Shown here: positions 1-10,361 of the stretch, one piece after another
How positions within the stretch are numbered: the first letter of the stretch is position 1
How the letters are laid out: every line of letters starts with the position of its first letter
Assembly (NCBI GenBank): GCA_965224085.1
Contig: CBDCYI010000009.1
Coordinates: 544,001-608,000, forward strand
Origin: Candidatus Marinacidobacterales bacterium
Lineage (GTDB): Bacteria; Acidobacteriota; Vicinamibacteria; Marinacidobacterales; SMYC01
Length of the DNA: 64,000 nt
Reading direction: 5' to 3'
The notes under the pieces: model-generated
Told to the model about the DNA's origin: nothing
The model's database searches: none
What the model saw: only the letters and a program-made list of their open reading frames with translations
Program-made: the position numbers and the translations under genes

Positions 1-660
1 GAGATTGCCGTATAGAAAAGCTGATTAAAGCCAATTAAAATTCCGGCTCGAACGACCACCCGTCGATGATGCGTGCGGGGACCAGCACGTGACAGCGGCC
101 GTTAAATCACTGTAGAAAAATAGGATAGAACGAAATGGGCACCAAGGTTGAAACCCGAGAGCACGTAAAACAGCCTTCTCCCAGAACCAGGATCGAGGCC
201 GAGGCTACCGCGGCGTAGCTGCCCTAGCACGTTCTGGTCCAGGTGCGCGTGAGCGTCCTTCATGTCTTTACTTGTCTCGGATTGGACCTTAACCAGGGTC
301 CGGACCTCATGTGCTTCTTCCCCGGCGCACAGCCCGCTTCACCTCCTGCTCCTTCGGCACGAAGCCGCGCCATCCATTCGGCGCACGTCGGTGCTTGCGC
401 TGTTTACTGTTGGTGATGTGTACGCATCCCTTGGCAAAAAAGGCGCTTACGCTCCATTTGGCGCGCAGCGAAGGTGTAGCATGTTTTCTTCAAGAAAAGG
501 TAGGGATAGGTCAAAATCCCATGAAGATGATTTTTCAGACCGCTTTATGAAGGATAGCTGACAGATGGTCTGGAATATTTTAATCAGATGAGAGAGTTTT
601 ACGTTCTTCATAATAGGTTTAGTTTTCGCTGAGTGTACAGTGACGGTAATAACCTGACAG

Positions 661-1065
661 CCCGTATGGTGCAAATAGTACGTCGAGTTCGATGTCGGCC
701 CGTGGAGGGTCGATAACCGGATCTGCGCGAACGCGAGAATTCAATGGGCCGTCAGCCAAGGTCAATGCCACTCACGCAGATAATGGAGACGATATTGGCG
801 GAGAGCGCGTTCCAACGCATTCCGTCCAAACAAGACCATCCTGTTCAGGCACTCCTGTTTGACCGAGCGCACGAAACGCTCCGCGTGAGGATTGCAGTTC
901 GGAGATTTGGTCGGAATCGGGACGATGTCCACGTCGTTTTCCTTCAGGAACTTCTCGAAACTCCGTTGTGTATTTCGAATCTCGGTCGATGGTGAGGTGC
1001 GAGTAGCCTCGGAGAAAGCTGTCGTCGAACGCGGCAAGGTCGAGCGCTACTTGTTTCATGAAGAC
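661..1065 (-). pseudogene. rve/IS481-like (integrase core) transposase 3' fragment with CCCGT-type right end
   Basis: DRDSKY and SPNCNPHAERFVRSVKQECLNRM motifs split over two frames; terminal CCCGTATGGTGCAAATAG at 661. Confidence 0.8.
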
Positions 1066-1436
1066 TTGCCGGGGTTTCTTTCGACGTACACACTTTGTTG
1101 TACCCGTCGCACCGTTATTGCATCTCCGTGAGGGCCTCTGGGTATGGCTCGGATACCATGAGGAATGGTACGAAGAACGTCGAACGCGGTGGCGCTCGTC
1201 CTGTGCCAAAACTCGGCCCTCTTGAAATAGGCCATAAATCAGCAGCTTAGTGTCTATACTACCTTCGAGAGGAGATTCGGTCGTCTTGATCTATAGGAAC
1301 CTCAGAACGAGCCTTGAAGGCAGAGATGAGAGCGCGAACAAACGACGAAATCATGCCGGTATGGTGCCGGCAGACCGGAGAGATTAATCAAGTTCGGTGT
1401 GCGCGGATGAATAAATAGAAGGCACAGGAAAAGAAA

Positions 1437-2288
1437 ATGCCTTGGACTGCGGCATCTGGAAAAACGTACAAGCTTTGTCTACTCGACACGAACGCGCTAA
1501 GCGAGATCGTCAAACGTCCCCGCCGGGAAGGTCGACACTTTCTGGAGCACTTCGGTCCTGAGCGGCATGTGCCGTGCTTCACCGTGTACAATCTCGTAGA
1601 ATTGCGTCGCAGGCGTGACATTTACAGACGTTTCGTCGAAACGTTCTCAAAATACCCATTCTTTCTTCTCAAACTATGGCAAGATATCCTTGCGGAAGAG
1701 CGCGATACGTATTCGACCGCGACGTCGGCGAGCCCACTGCTTCAGCCTTTCACGCCTTTAGCTTCGAATCGCACGTACAGTTTCGGCGAGTTCGTAGATC
1801 GCCTTGTTGTTCAGGAGTGGTTTGTTGACCTCGAACTCAAATGGCGTAAGGAGGAAGTGCAAATTCTCAACTCGTGGCTCGCGAATCGGAAGAACTTCCA
1901 GCCTCGACGATAAGTTCCCAACGCGCAAGATGCTGAGCGTTACGTCAATGAGGCAGCCATTCAGACGCTAATATCGTTTTTCCCTGACTGGACTCGGTCG
2001 CTTGTCGAACGGCACGAAGCTCCCGACGTCTCGAGGTTCCCCGCATTACAGGTGATGCTTTATTCGCAATACTACAGACTGTGGGATCCGAATTGGAATC
2101 CTCGATCGCAAGAAGTTACAGATGTTCGGATTATGGCAGCTGCCCCCTACGTCGATGTTGTGATAACCGAAGGTTTCCAGAACGAAATTTTCAAGAAAAT
2201 TCGCACTCGAGTGCCCAAGCTCAGAGAAGTCGAAAGCGTACCGGTTCGACAACTCGCCGATAGTTCAAGTCGGTCTCCGTCCATCTAG
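1437..2288 (+). pseudogene. PIN-like domain protein with one in-frame TAA (1911-1913)
   Basis: LLDTNALSEI N-terminal motif and DVRIMAAAPYVDVVITE C-terminal motif; ORFs 1437-1913 and 2052-2288 share a frame with no other stop between them. Confidence 0.6.
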
Positions 2289-2540
2289 CGTGACAACGAT
2301 AAAACTGAACTCTGCCGTCCACGTCGTTCATTTCCTTGCGATGAACCCACGGTGCCATCGGAGAACCGTATCCGGGGTGACCAGAGTTGCCACTTCCGCG
2401 AGGAATTTCCGTCCAAACTCTTTCCCGTCCTGTGCCAAAACTCGGCCCTTTTGGAATAGACAAGAAATGGTGGCAGTTAAACTAATTCTTTACAGCACGC
2501 GAGAGCGACACAATGGTAAGTTGATCGTTGGCGTTTACGA

Positions 2541-3056
2541 ATGAAAGCAAGCGTACATAGCACAAAGTCGTCGTACCGCGCGATGCTTATCGAGCATCTC
2601 TTCGTCGGTGAATTGCTCCGCTGTGCGTGGCGCCAAGGTGCGTTTATCGAAGTCTTGAAGCCACAGGTCGACGACGCGGGTTACGACCTTCTGCTTGAGT
2701 CCAATGGAATTGCTAGACATCTCCAGCTGAAGGCGTCGTTTCACGGTTCAAAGACGGCAAGGCAGAATATCCACCTTGAACTCGGGGCAAAGCCAAGCGG
2801 CTGCATCGTGTGGATATTGGTTGATGCAAAAATGCTGGCGTTGGGGCCTTTTCTATGGTTTGGTGGGACACCCGGCGAAAAACTGCCGAGCCTGTCGATG
2901 TTCAAGGTTGCGAAGCATTCCAAAGCGGATATGACGGGGAGGAAAGCAGAACGATCCATGGTCCGTGTTGTACCAAAATTGAAGTTCGAGGAACTTTCTG
3001 GCATCGAGGAGCTATTGGCTCGTTTGTTCGGCCGAGCAGACCTTGCCATTCGATGA
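2541..3056 (+). CDS. PD-(D/E)XK nuclease-like hypothetical protein
   Basis: 171 aa; E...DDAGYDLLL...HLQLKAS pattern. Confidence 0.55.
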   Translation: MKASVHSTKSSYRAMLIEHLFVGELLRCAWRQGAFIEVLKPQVDDAGYDLLLESNGIARHLQLKASFHGSKTARQNIHLELGAKPSGCIVWILVDAKMLALGPFLWFGGTPGEKLPSLSMFKVAKHSKADMTGRKAERSMVRVVPKLKFEELSGIEELLARLFGRADLAIR

Positions 3057-3323
3057 GTGTGAACGGCCGTATAGTGCAAATAGTAAGTCGAGTCTCGACG
3101 TCGCGTCTGGTGACGAAATAGCCGTTCTTGCCTTTTTCCCACGCGCGATCCAGGCCCTGTTTTTTGGGTTTCCAACCGAGACCGGATAGCTCCAAACTGC
3201 CCCATCCGCCACTCAGTCCGGCCAATTATGGCACTGCAGAGACGGTTGAGATTTTCCGCGCGGTTTGCGGGGTTTTGCAGGGGTAGGTGTCACCAGAGAC
3301 GCGCTAGAAGGGCTGAACGGGCC

Positions 3324-4295
3324 TCATTTTCGGTATTGGTCTAGCAAGACGTCCTGCGGCGTTGGCTTGCGCCCGAGCCGCTCACCGAGTTGCTTTACGC
3401 TTAGAGGGTACGGCTCCTTCCATCTCAGGAAGAACCGCTCCGGCGTGCCGACCGTTCCGTAGACGGCCCGTTCGCCACAGGTTCCGACGAGAATCTGCGC
3501 CGCCTCGAAGAGCCTCGGTGCCCCCTGGTCCTTCCACTGCGTGCCAGCCTCCTGGTACCGGTGGAGCTGCTGGATCGCCTTCGCCTTCCAGGCATCGCCG
3601 ATGGTCGGGCTCTTGCATTCGATGACGGCGAGCGGGAGGCCGTTGACGAACACCACGACATCCGGGACGATGTGCTTCTTCGACCCGAGCACCTTGTACT
3701 GACGGGTAACAATCCATTCGTTGCGGTCAGGCCCGATCGAAGTCGAAGAACCGGACTGTATGGCTTTTCCGTCCGTCGCCCCGGTCCTGACCTGGTCGAT
3801 GACCGCCTGGGTCTTCTCGATGGCATCGTCCACCGAGGAGAGGATGGCGGCAATCTCGCGCTGCTCGGTCGAAGGGGGAAACGGAATTTCCAACCCACAA
3901 AGATCAGCCTTGTTCACAGCAGCGAAGGTGCTGCCCTGGGAAACGCGGACAAGGTCAGATACCTTCCACCGAAGCGCATGCCACAAGAACGGAACTTCGA
4001 CGCCGGTCGCCGTTATTGCGGAGAGCCCTCTCCCAATGCATAGTGGTTTGTCCGCCAAGTTCAAAGCTCCAACCGGTGCTCGAACACTCAGGAGGATGTC
4101 ACTCGGCTGAGCTTGCTTTTGGGGCTTGGTACAGAACTTCACGGGCAGTGGGTTTCGAAGCCCGAACTCAGCGTTTCCCTGAATAAACGGAAGTCCATTT
4201 CCGTCTTCGTTTACAGTGCGCGACGGAGGCGATTGTCCCATTTTGATAGTGGCAACAGTTCCCAGGCTCGCTGTAGCCCATTCGACGCTACTCAT
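3324..4295 (-). pseudogene. hsdS: Half-length type I HsdS (one TRD) fused to an internal HsdR fragment
   Basis: MGQSPPS...GRGL...PPSTEQREIAAILSSVDDAIE (HsdS), then PDVVVFVNGLPLAVIECKSP...QLHRYQ (HsdR nuclease domain). Confidence 0.85.
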
Positions 4296-6117
4296 ATCCG
4301 CACTCTGCCAGATACCGATTCATCCTCGTTTCGGCCACTGTGCGCTCCTTTTCCAGTTCCCTCAGCTTCCGCACCGCCTGCGCCACGTCGATCCGCTCCT
4401 CTTCTTCTGACGTGTCCACGTAGCGGCTGATGTTAAGGTTCCTTTCGTTCTTCTCGATCTCGGCAAGCGGAACGATTTGTGCATACTTCTCCACGTCGGC
4501 GTAAGCGTGGAATGTGCCAGAGATGTGCTCGATATCCTGGTCGCGCAGGCGGTTCTGGTTGCTCCCCTCTTCGAACTCGCCGGACGCGTCGATGAACAGC
4601 ACTTTGCCCTTCCTTGCCGCCAGCTTGTTCCGATTCAACACCAGGATGGACGCCGGGATGCCAGTGCCGTAGAAGAGGTTCGGAGCCAGACCGATGACCG
4701 CCTCGAAGAGATCCTCCTCCAGCAAGCCCTGGCGGATCTTCCCCTCCGCATTGCCGCGGAACAGAGCGCCGTGCGGCATCACGACGCCGAGTCGGCCCAA
4801 AGTGTTCAGCACCGCCACCATGTGCTGGACGAACGCCAGATCGCCCTTCGTCTTCGGCGGCACGCCGAACCGGAACCGCCCGTAGCCATCGTTCTCGGCC
4901 ACGTCGCGGCCCCACTCGTCGAGGCTGAACGGCGGATTGGCGATCACCCGGTCATACAGCAGAAGCTCTCCTTCATCCACGAGCTTCGGGTCCCGAATCG
5001 TGTCGCCCTTCTCGATTCGGGCGTCCGGCAGCCCGTGTAGCAGCATGTTCATCTTGCAAATGGCCCAGGTGCTCAGATTCTTCTCCTGGCCGTGCAGCGT
5101 TAGGTTGCGCGGGTTGCCACCTTTGCGCTCAATGTAATGGGCGCACTCGATCAACATGCCGCCGGAACCGGCCGTCGGGTCGCAGATACGCATCCGTTCG
5201 GTGGGGGCCAGCAGCTCGACGATGAGTTTAACCACCATCCGCGGCGTGTAGAACTCGCCGCCTTTCTTGCCCGCGTCGTCGGCGAACTTCTCGATCAGAT
5301 ACTCGTAGGCGCGACCAAGAAGATCGGGCTCGGCCATGCGGTCGTTGCGGAGGGAAACCTGGGAGAAGTGCTGCACCAGGCGCGCCAGCACGGTGTCGCG
5401 GTTTCGGGCGTCGCCGAGCTTGTGCTCATCGTTGTAGTCGATACCGGCAAGCACCCCTTCCAGTGCACTGTTTTGTTCCTCTAGCGCGACATACGCCTTG
5501 TTCAGCGTCTCCCCGATGTTGGTCGCCCGTTTTTGGATCGTGCCCCACCGCGCCCGGTCCGGTACGAAGAACTCGTGCTCGTCCGGGTCTCTCCATGCCA
5601 CCGTCTCGGAGAAACCCTTAGCGATGAGCTTTTCCGCTTCCTCCTCGAAGCGGTCCGATAGCCGTTTCAGAAAGAGCAGACCGAAGATGTAGGTCTTGTA
5701 GTCGCTGCTGTCGATGGAGCCGCGCAGGATGTCTGCGGCGGACCAGAGATACTGCTCGAGCTGCGCGACGCTCAGCTCTTCACTCCGCGGTTCTGGCGCC
5801 TCTGCCACGAAACGGGTTGGCGCGGGCACGTTCCCGGTGTTGTTCTTCGACGCAGCGGCCGGTCGGATAAGACGGGCTACGAGATCCTCCTTTTTCCTGC
5901 CGGAATCATCGAGGTCGAACGTTCGACACAGCTCCTTCAGGCGCTCTCTAGAGAGGTCTTGCAGAATCTCATAGAGCCGCGCCTTCCGCGAGCGGGCAAG
6001 CGTATCAACGAGTTGCGGCTTGACGCGGCGATCCGCAACCGCCAGCTCATAGAAGTCGATGCTGGCGCGCAGCTCGTTCGCTGTCAGCTCGGCGAGAATT
6101 GCGTGTTTTGTTGGCAT
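4288..6117 (-). CDS. hsdM: Type I restriction-modification methyltransferase subunit M with N-terminal extension
   Basis: LWSAADILRG, GEFYTP, DPTAGSGG and NPPF motifs; likely ATG at 6117; overlaps hsdS start. Confidence 0.95.
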   Translation of the reverse strand: MPTKHAILAELTANELRASIDFYELAVADRRVKPQLVDTLARSRKARLYEILQDLSRERLKELCRTFDLDDSGRKKEDLVARLIRPAAASKNNTGNVPAPTRFVAEAPEPRSEELSVAQLEQYLWSAADILRGSIDSSDYKTYIFGLLFLKRLSDRFEEEAEKLIAKGFSETVAWRDPDEHEFFVPDRARWGTIQKRATNIGETLNKAYVALEEQNSALEGVLAGIDYNDEHKLGDARNRDTVLARLVQHFSQVSLRNDRMAEPDLLGRAYEYLIEKFADDAGKKGGEFYTPRMVVKLIVELLAPTERMRICDPTAGSGGMLIECAHYIERKGGNPRNLTLHGQEKNLSTWAICKMNMLLHGLPDARIEKGDTIRDPKLVDEGELLLYDRVIANPPFSLDEWGRDVAENDGYGRFRFGVPPKTKGDLAFVQHMVAVLNTLGRLGVVMPHGALFRGNAEGKIRQGLLEEDLFEAVIGLAPNLFYGTGIPASILVLNRNKLAARKGKVLFIDASGEFEEGSNQNRLRDQDIEHISGTFHAYADVEKYAQIVPLAEIEKNERNLNISRYVDTSEEEERIDVAQAVRKLRELEKERTVAETRMNRYLAECGYE

Positions 6118-7561
6118 CTCCGTATCACTCGTGGATCCACTTGCCGTGGTGGCAGCCGGAGTGGCCTTAGCCAGCGTGATCCTCGTCAGTGCTCGTGGGA
6201 GGCTACCACGAGGGCGCGCTGTGGTTTTCGGAAATTCTAGCCACCTGAGTTTTTGTCTCAGAATCGAGGACTTCGTCAAGTCTGCACTGGTAATTGTGAT
6301 GAGTAGCCGCCGCCACACTCGTCTGCCCGGCCCCCCGTGACGACGAGATCGGCTACGGCAAACCTCTGGTCTGCCATAGTTCTCTGAACAGAGCGCGGCA
6401 CATTCTCAACCGAAGCCCGTCGTGTCCGAAAATGCGAACGGAGTCGAAATTTCGAATCCTGGAGGCGTTGTGAAGCAGGATCGTGTGCATGCCACCAACG
6501 CTATCGGGCATCACCCTGAAAGACCAGGTTTTCTGCACCGGACGGAATTTATAGGAGGGACAGCGCTGCGCGAGCGGCATAGGTTGCGAGCGAACGCGAT
6601 GGCGTCCAGAACAATAGACCGGATATTCGAAAACAGTCGCACGAGCGAGCCTCTCCACGTTCCTAAGACGCCGGTGGCGTCGTCGGGTCGACCGGCACGA
6701 AGCAGCCGAGCATGGCAGGTCTAAACCGCGCAGTCAACGCCGGATCGACTTTTTGCGGAGCACAGGCATCGTCGGGTCGACCGGTACAGAGAAACCGATC
6801 GTGGCAGGTCTAAACCGCGTAATCAACGCTGGATCGACTTTTTGCGGAGCACAACACCGACGACCACGGCGGCTACGTCGGGCTACCGAACCACGAGACG
6901 GTCCGCCTGTGCCTTCTATTTATTCATCCGCGCGCACCAAACTTGATTAATCTCGGGTCTGCCAGCACCATGCCGGCATGATTTCGTCGTTGGTGTGCTG
7001 GTGGCTTTTGCCGCCATTTCTGGCAGCTGCGTTACGAGTAAGCTAGTCCCGGCCTCCGAGGAACAGACGCGGCACGTACCAGAACATCAGCGCGATGGAG
7101 GCAAAGAGCTGCATCGCCGCGCCAACGTACCGGTTGTCCCTTCTATAAATTCCGTCCGGTGCAGAAATCCTGGTCTTTCAGGGTGATGCCCGATAGCGTT
7201 GGTGGCATGCACACGATCCTGCTTCACGGCGTTGTTTCGGCGAGCCAGTTGCGTCTGTCCGCGCCCGCCTCTCTCGTCGGCGCAAACGCTCCCCGTCGTG
7301 TCAAAAAATACAAACGAACTCAAGAGCGGCACGCCGGGACGTTTGGTGCTTGCGCTGCTTACTGTTGGTGATATGTACGCATCCCTTTGCAAAAGAGACG
7401 CTTACGCTCCATTTAGCGCGCAGCGAAGGTCACGAGCGCTATTTTGGCTGTAACTTAATGCACCGTAAAGTCTTAGCGTCATCTCACCAACACTTAATGG
7501 CGGAAGCACCGGACACGACGAGTTTGCCAATCTCGTACAGATCAAGTTTATGGAAGGGACA

Positions 7562-8145
7562 GGCGGTGAGCGAAGCCTCGACGCATTGGGGCTCCGTGCT
7601 GGAGGGACTCCAGGCTCGAGGACTCCGGGCTCCCAAGCTAGTGATCAGCGACGGCCACAAGGGGCTGACGAAAGCGCTGGAGAAGTGGCCGGGGTGCCGG
7701 TTGCAGCGATGTACCGAGCACAAGCGCGCCAACTTGCTCGAACATTGCCCGGCGCACGCACGCCGTGAGCTCCGGCGTGACTACAACCGGATCGTCTACG
7801 CCAAGAACGGGATCGATGCTCGCAAAGCCTATGACGAGCTCGTCGCCAAGTGGACGCCTCTCGCGCCGGCCGTCGTCCGAAGCCTAGAGGAGGCCGGTAA
7901 TCAGCTGCTGACCTTCTACGAATTCCCTCGTGCCATGTGGAAATCGATTCGAACGACCAATGCTCTGGAGAATCTCAACCGCGAGTTTCGAACGCCGGAC
8001 GAAAACCCAAGCGTCGTTCTCCAGCGAGGAGTCTGCGGTCGCTTTGCTGTTTGGGCTTATCGCCTCTGGCCAGATTCAACTACGACGCATCGACGGCTAC
8101 CAACGTCTGAGCGAGGTTCTCGAACACGCGGAGGTTGCCGCCTGA
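7562..8145 (+). pseudogene. IS256-family transposase 3' fragment (frameshift near 7995)
   Basis: ISDGHKGL, QRCTEHK, IRTTNALENLNREFR motifs; putative right end at about 8180-8208. Confidence 0.85.
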
Positions 8146-8409
8146 TATGATACTCTGATGACGGAGTGGAGGGCGCCGTTCTTTTTCCACGGACCTCGGG
8201 ACACATCCTCATAGCGTTTGGGATCTGAGACTAAGCACCTTGGGGACGAACTCTCTCTTGGCAGTTCCGGGCTACCCAGGTCTGTCGAGTCTTCAGGAGG
8301 AAGCTGTCTTGGGAGCCGAGTTGAATCGAGTATTTCAACAACGGTCATCGCCTTAGATTTTTCACATTCAAACCGGTTAACGGGTCGTTCACATGCTCTG
8401 GAGGGAATT

Positions 8410-9069
8410 ATGACGCTCAGAATCAATGACGAAGCGCCGAACTTTAACGCAGAAACGACAGAAGGGACGGTCAACTTTCATGATTGGATTGGCGAAGGTT
8501 GGGCCATCTTGTTCTCGCATCCAAAGGACTTCACGCCGGTCTGCACGACGGAACTCGGCTATATGGCGGGGCTCAAGCCTGAGTTCGAAAAGCGCAACTG
8601 CAAGGTTCTCGGCATCAGCGTCGATGGGGTCAGCGACCACAAGAGGTGGTCGAAGGAAATCGAGGCATCCCAGGGACACGCGATCAACTATCCGCTGATC
8701 GGGGATCCAGAACTGAAGGTCGTCAAGCTCTACGACATGCTGCCGGCGGACGAGGGCGACACCTCCACCGGAAGGACGGCGGCGGACAACGCGACGGCCC
8801 GGTCCGTGTTTATCATCGGTCCCGATAAGAAGATCAAGGCGACCTTGACTTACCCGATGAGCACGGGCCGCAACTTCGATGAGATCCTCCGCCTCCTAGA
8901 CTCCTGCCAACTCACAGCGACCCACAAGGTGGCAACACCGGTCAACTGGAAACAGGGCAACGACGTGATCATTGTTCCAGCCGTGTCCGACGACGAGGCC
9001 AAGAAGAAGTATCCTGCCGGTTGGCAGTCGCCGCTACCCTACATCCGGATCGTTCCCCAACCGAAGTAG
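8410..9069 (+). CDS. 1-Cys peroxiredoxin (Prx6 type)
   Basis: FSHPKDFTPVCTTE, YPMSTGRNFDEILR, VATPVNW; GGAGG RBS before ATG 8410. Confidence 0.95.
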   Translation: MTLRINDEAPNFNAETTEGTVNFHDWIGEGWAILFSHPKDFTPVCTTELGYMAGLKPEFEKRNCKVLGISVDGVSDHKRWSKEIEASQGHAINYPLIGDPELKVVKLYDMLPADEGDTSTGRTAADNATARSVFIIGPDKKIKATLTYPMSTGRNFDEILRLLDSCQLTATHKVATPVNWKQGNDVIIVPAVSDDEAKKKYPAGWQSPLPYIRIVPQPK

Positions 9070-9368
9070 CGGAAGCATTGTATTCGTCCCGTTCCGGGGT
9101 TGTCCCAGTGGACGCCCCCGGGTAGGGGTGGAGCCGCGGCCCGGGGCTTTCCCAGACCACTGAGTAATGCGGGTTGTGCCTTCTATTTATTCATCCGCGC
9201 GCACCGAACTTGATTAGTCTCCGGTCTGCCGGCCGAGGCCATTTACTCGACGATCGCCTTTGCACTCGTTTCCTTAGGCCTGGGCGCGGAAGGTCCACCG
9301 CTCGCGGGGACACAACAAAGCCGCGATTGCTGTCGCCAACAAACTCGCCCGGATAGTCTGGGCCGTCT

Positions 9369-9506
9369 CCCGTCCTGTGCCAAAACTCGGTTCTTTTGAA
9401 ATAGGCTGCAAATCAGCAACTTAGTGTCTGTGTTTGCGACATCCCCAAGGGCCGTAGGCCGGCGCTTGGCCATGTCGTGGCTGTCCGAGTTTTGGCACAG
9501 GACGGG
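9369..9506. mobile_element. 138-bp miniature element with perfect 22-bp terminal inverted repeats
   Basis: CCCGTCCTGTGCCAAAACTCGG ... CCGAGTTTTGGCACAGGACGGG; no target duplication visible. Confidence 0.8.
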
Positions 9507-9510
9507 GTCG

Positions 9511-10338
9511 GTCAACCCGATTCTGCTTAACTAGTACCTGTCCAGAAACACCATAACTTGTGGTGTACGAGAGGCCTATCGAAGATGTGGGTATTATACG
9601 TTTTCAGTCGGCACCTCGTAGGCTCGGAAGCGAATGAAAATCTTGGACGAAACGAGAGGCGAATCGTCAGCAATCCATGGCTATAAACGCAGTAAGAGCA
9701 ATCATTATTATCGTAATAGGTGCCTTGACAGGTTGCAGGTGATGATGGAACTCCATACGTAGGATTTGAAAGAAGGCAATGAGCGCCATGTGCATCGGTC
9801 GAGACCAAAGACTCGTTTCAAGAACGAAATGACGCCTTCGATTCCGCAGCGAAATCGCCGTAGGCGTTGATAGACCCAGGAACTCTTGACCATATGGGCG
9901 CCGGAAGGTCCACCGCTCGCCGGGCCATCGAGGCACAACAAATGGCCGCGAGTTTGCTGTCGCCAACAAACTCGCCCGGATAGTCTGTTCTTCGGATCGA
10001 AACGACCTTTTCCTCCGCAGGCACACGCTCTTCATCAATCACTCTACGCCGAGTTTGGTTGTGACTTTTTCGGTGAGGACGAGAAAGTGCTTAAAATCCG
10101 TGGCGATCTTCTCCGCACTCGCTCGCTTCACCGGCTCGGTGTCGTCCAAAACGTTGAGCGGAGCGATAGGTTTCTTCCGACACCTTGTAAATAGACGCGA
10201 GGCTTCGCGTTTAGAACTCCCAGCAACTTAGTGTCAGTTGTGTTTGCGACATCCCCAAGGGCCGTAGGCCGGCGCTTGGCCATGTCGTGGCTGTCCGAGT
10301 TTTGGCACAGGACGGGGTCGATAGGTGAACTGATTCAG
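9511..10338. repeat. Scrambled, deletion-riddled copy of the ISNCY 3' end interleaved with pieces of 9280-9510 (probable consensus artefact)
   Basis: Short blocks matching 10339-11300 and 9282-9510 alternate; 10321-10338 is an 18-bp block from about 11662. Confidence 0.7.
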
Positions 10339-10361
10339 GTCAACCCGATTCTGCTTAACTA

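Noticed and set aside
6700-6853. Two adjacent similar repeats resembling a CRISPR array
   Set aside because: Only two units of about 89 bp, both copies of a dispersed TGT-type end; no unique spacers and no cas genes.
8218-8409. N-terminal extension of the peroxiredoxin
   Set aside because: A good RBS and the family-typical start are at 8410.
9527-10194. Small ORFs resembling extra transposase genes
   Set aside because: They lie in the scrambled, probably artefactual copy of ISNCY.
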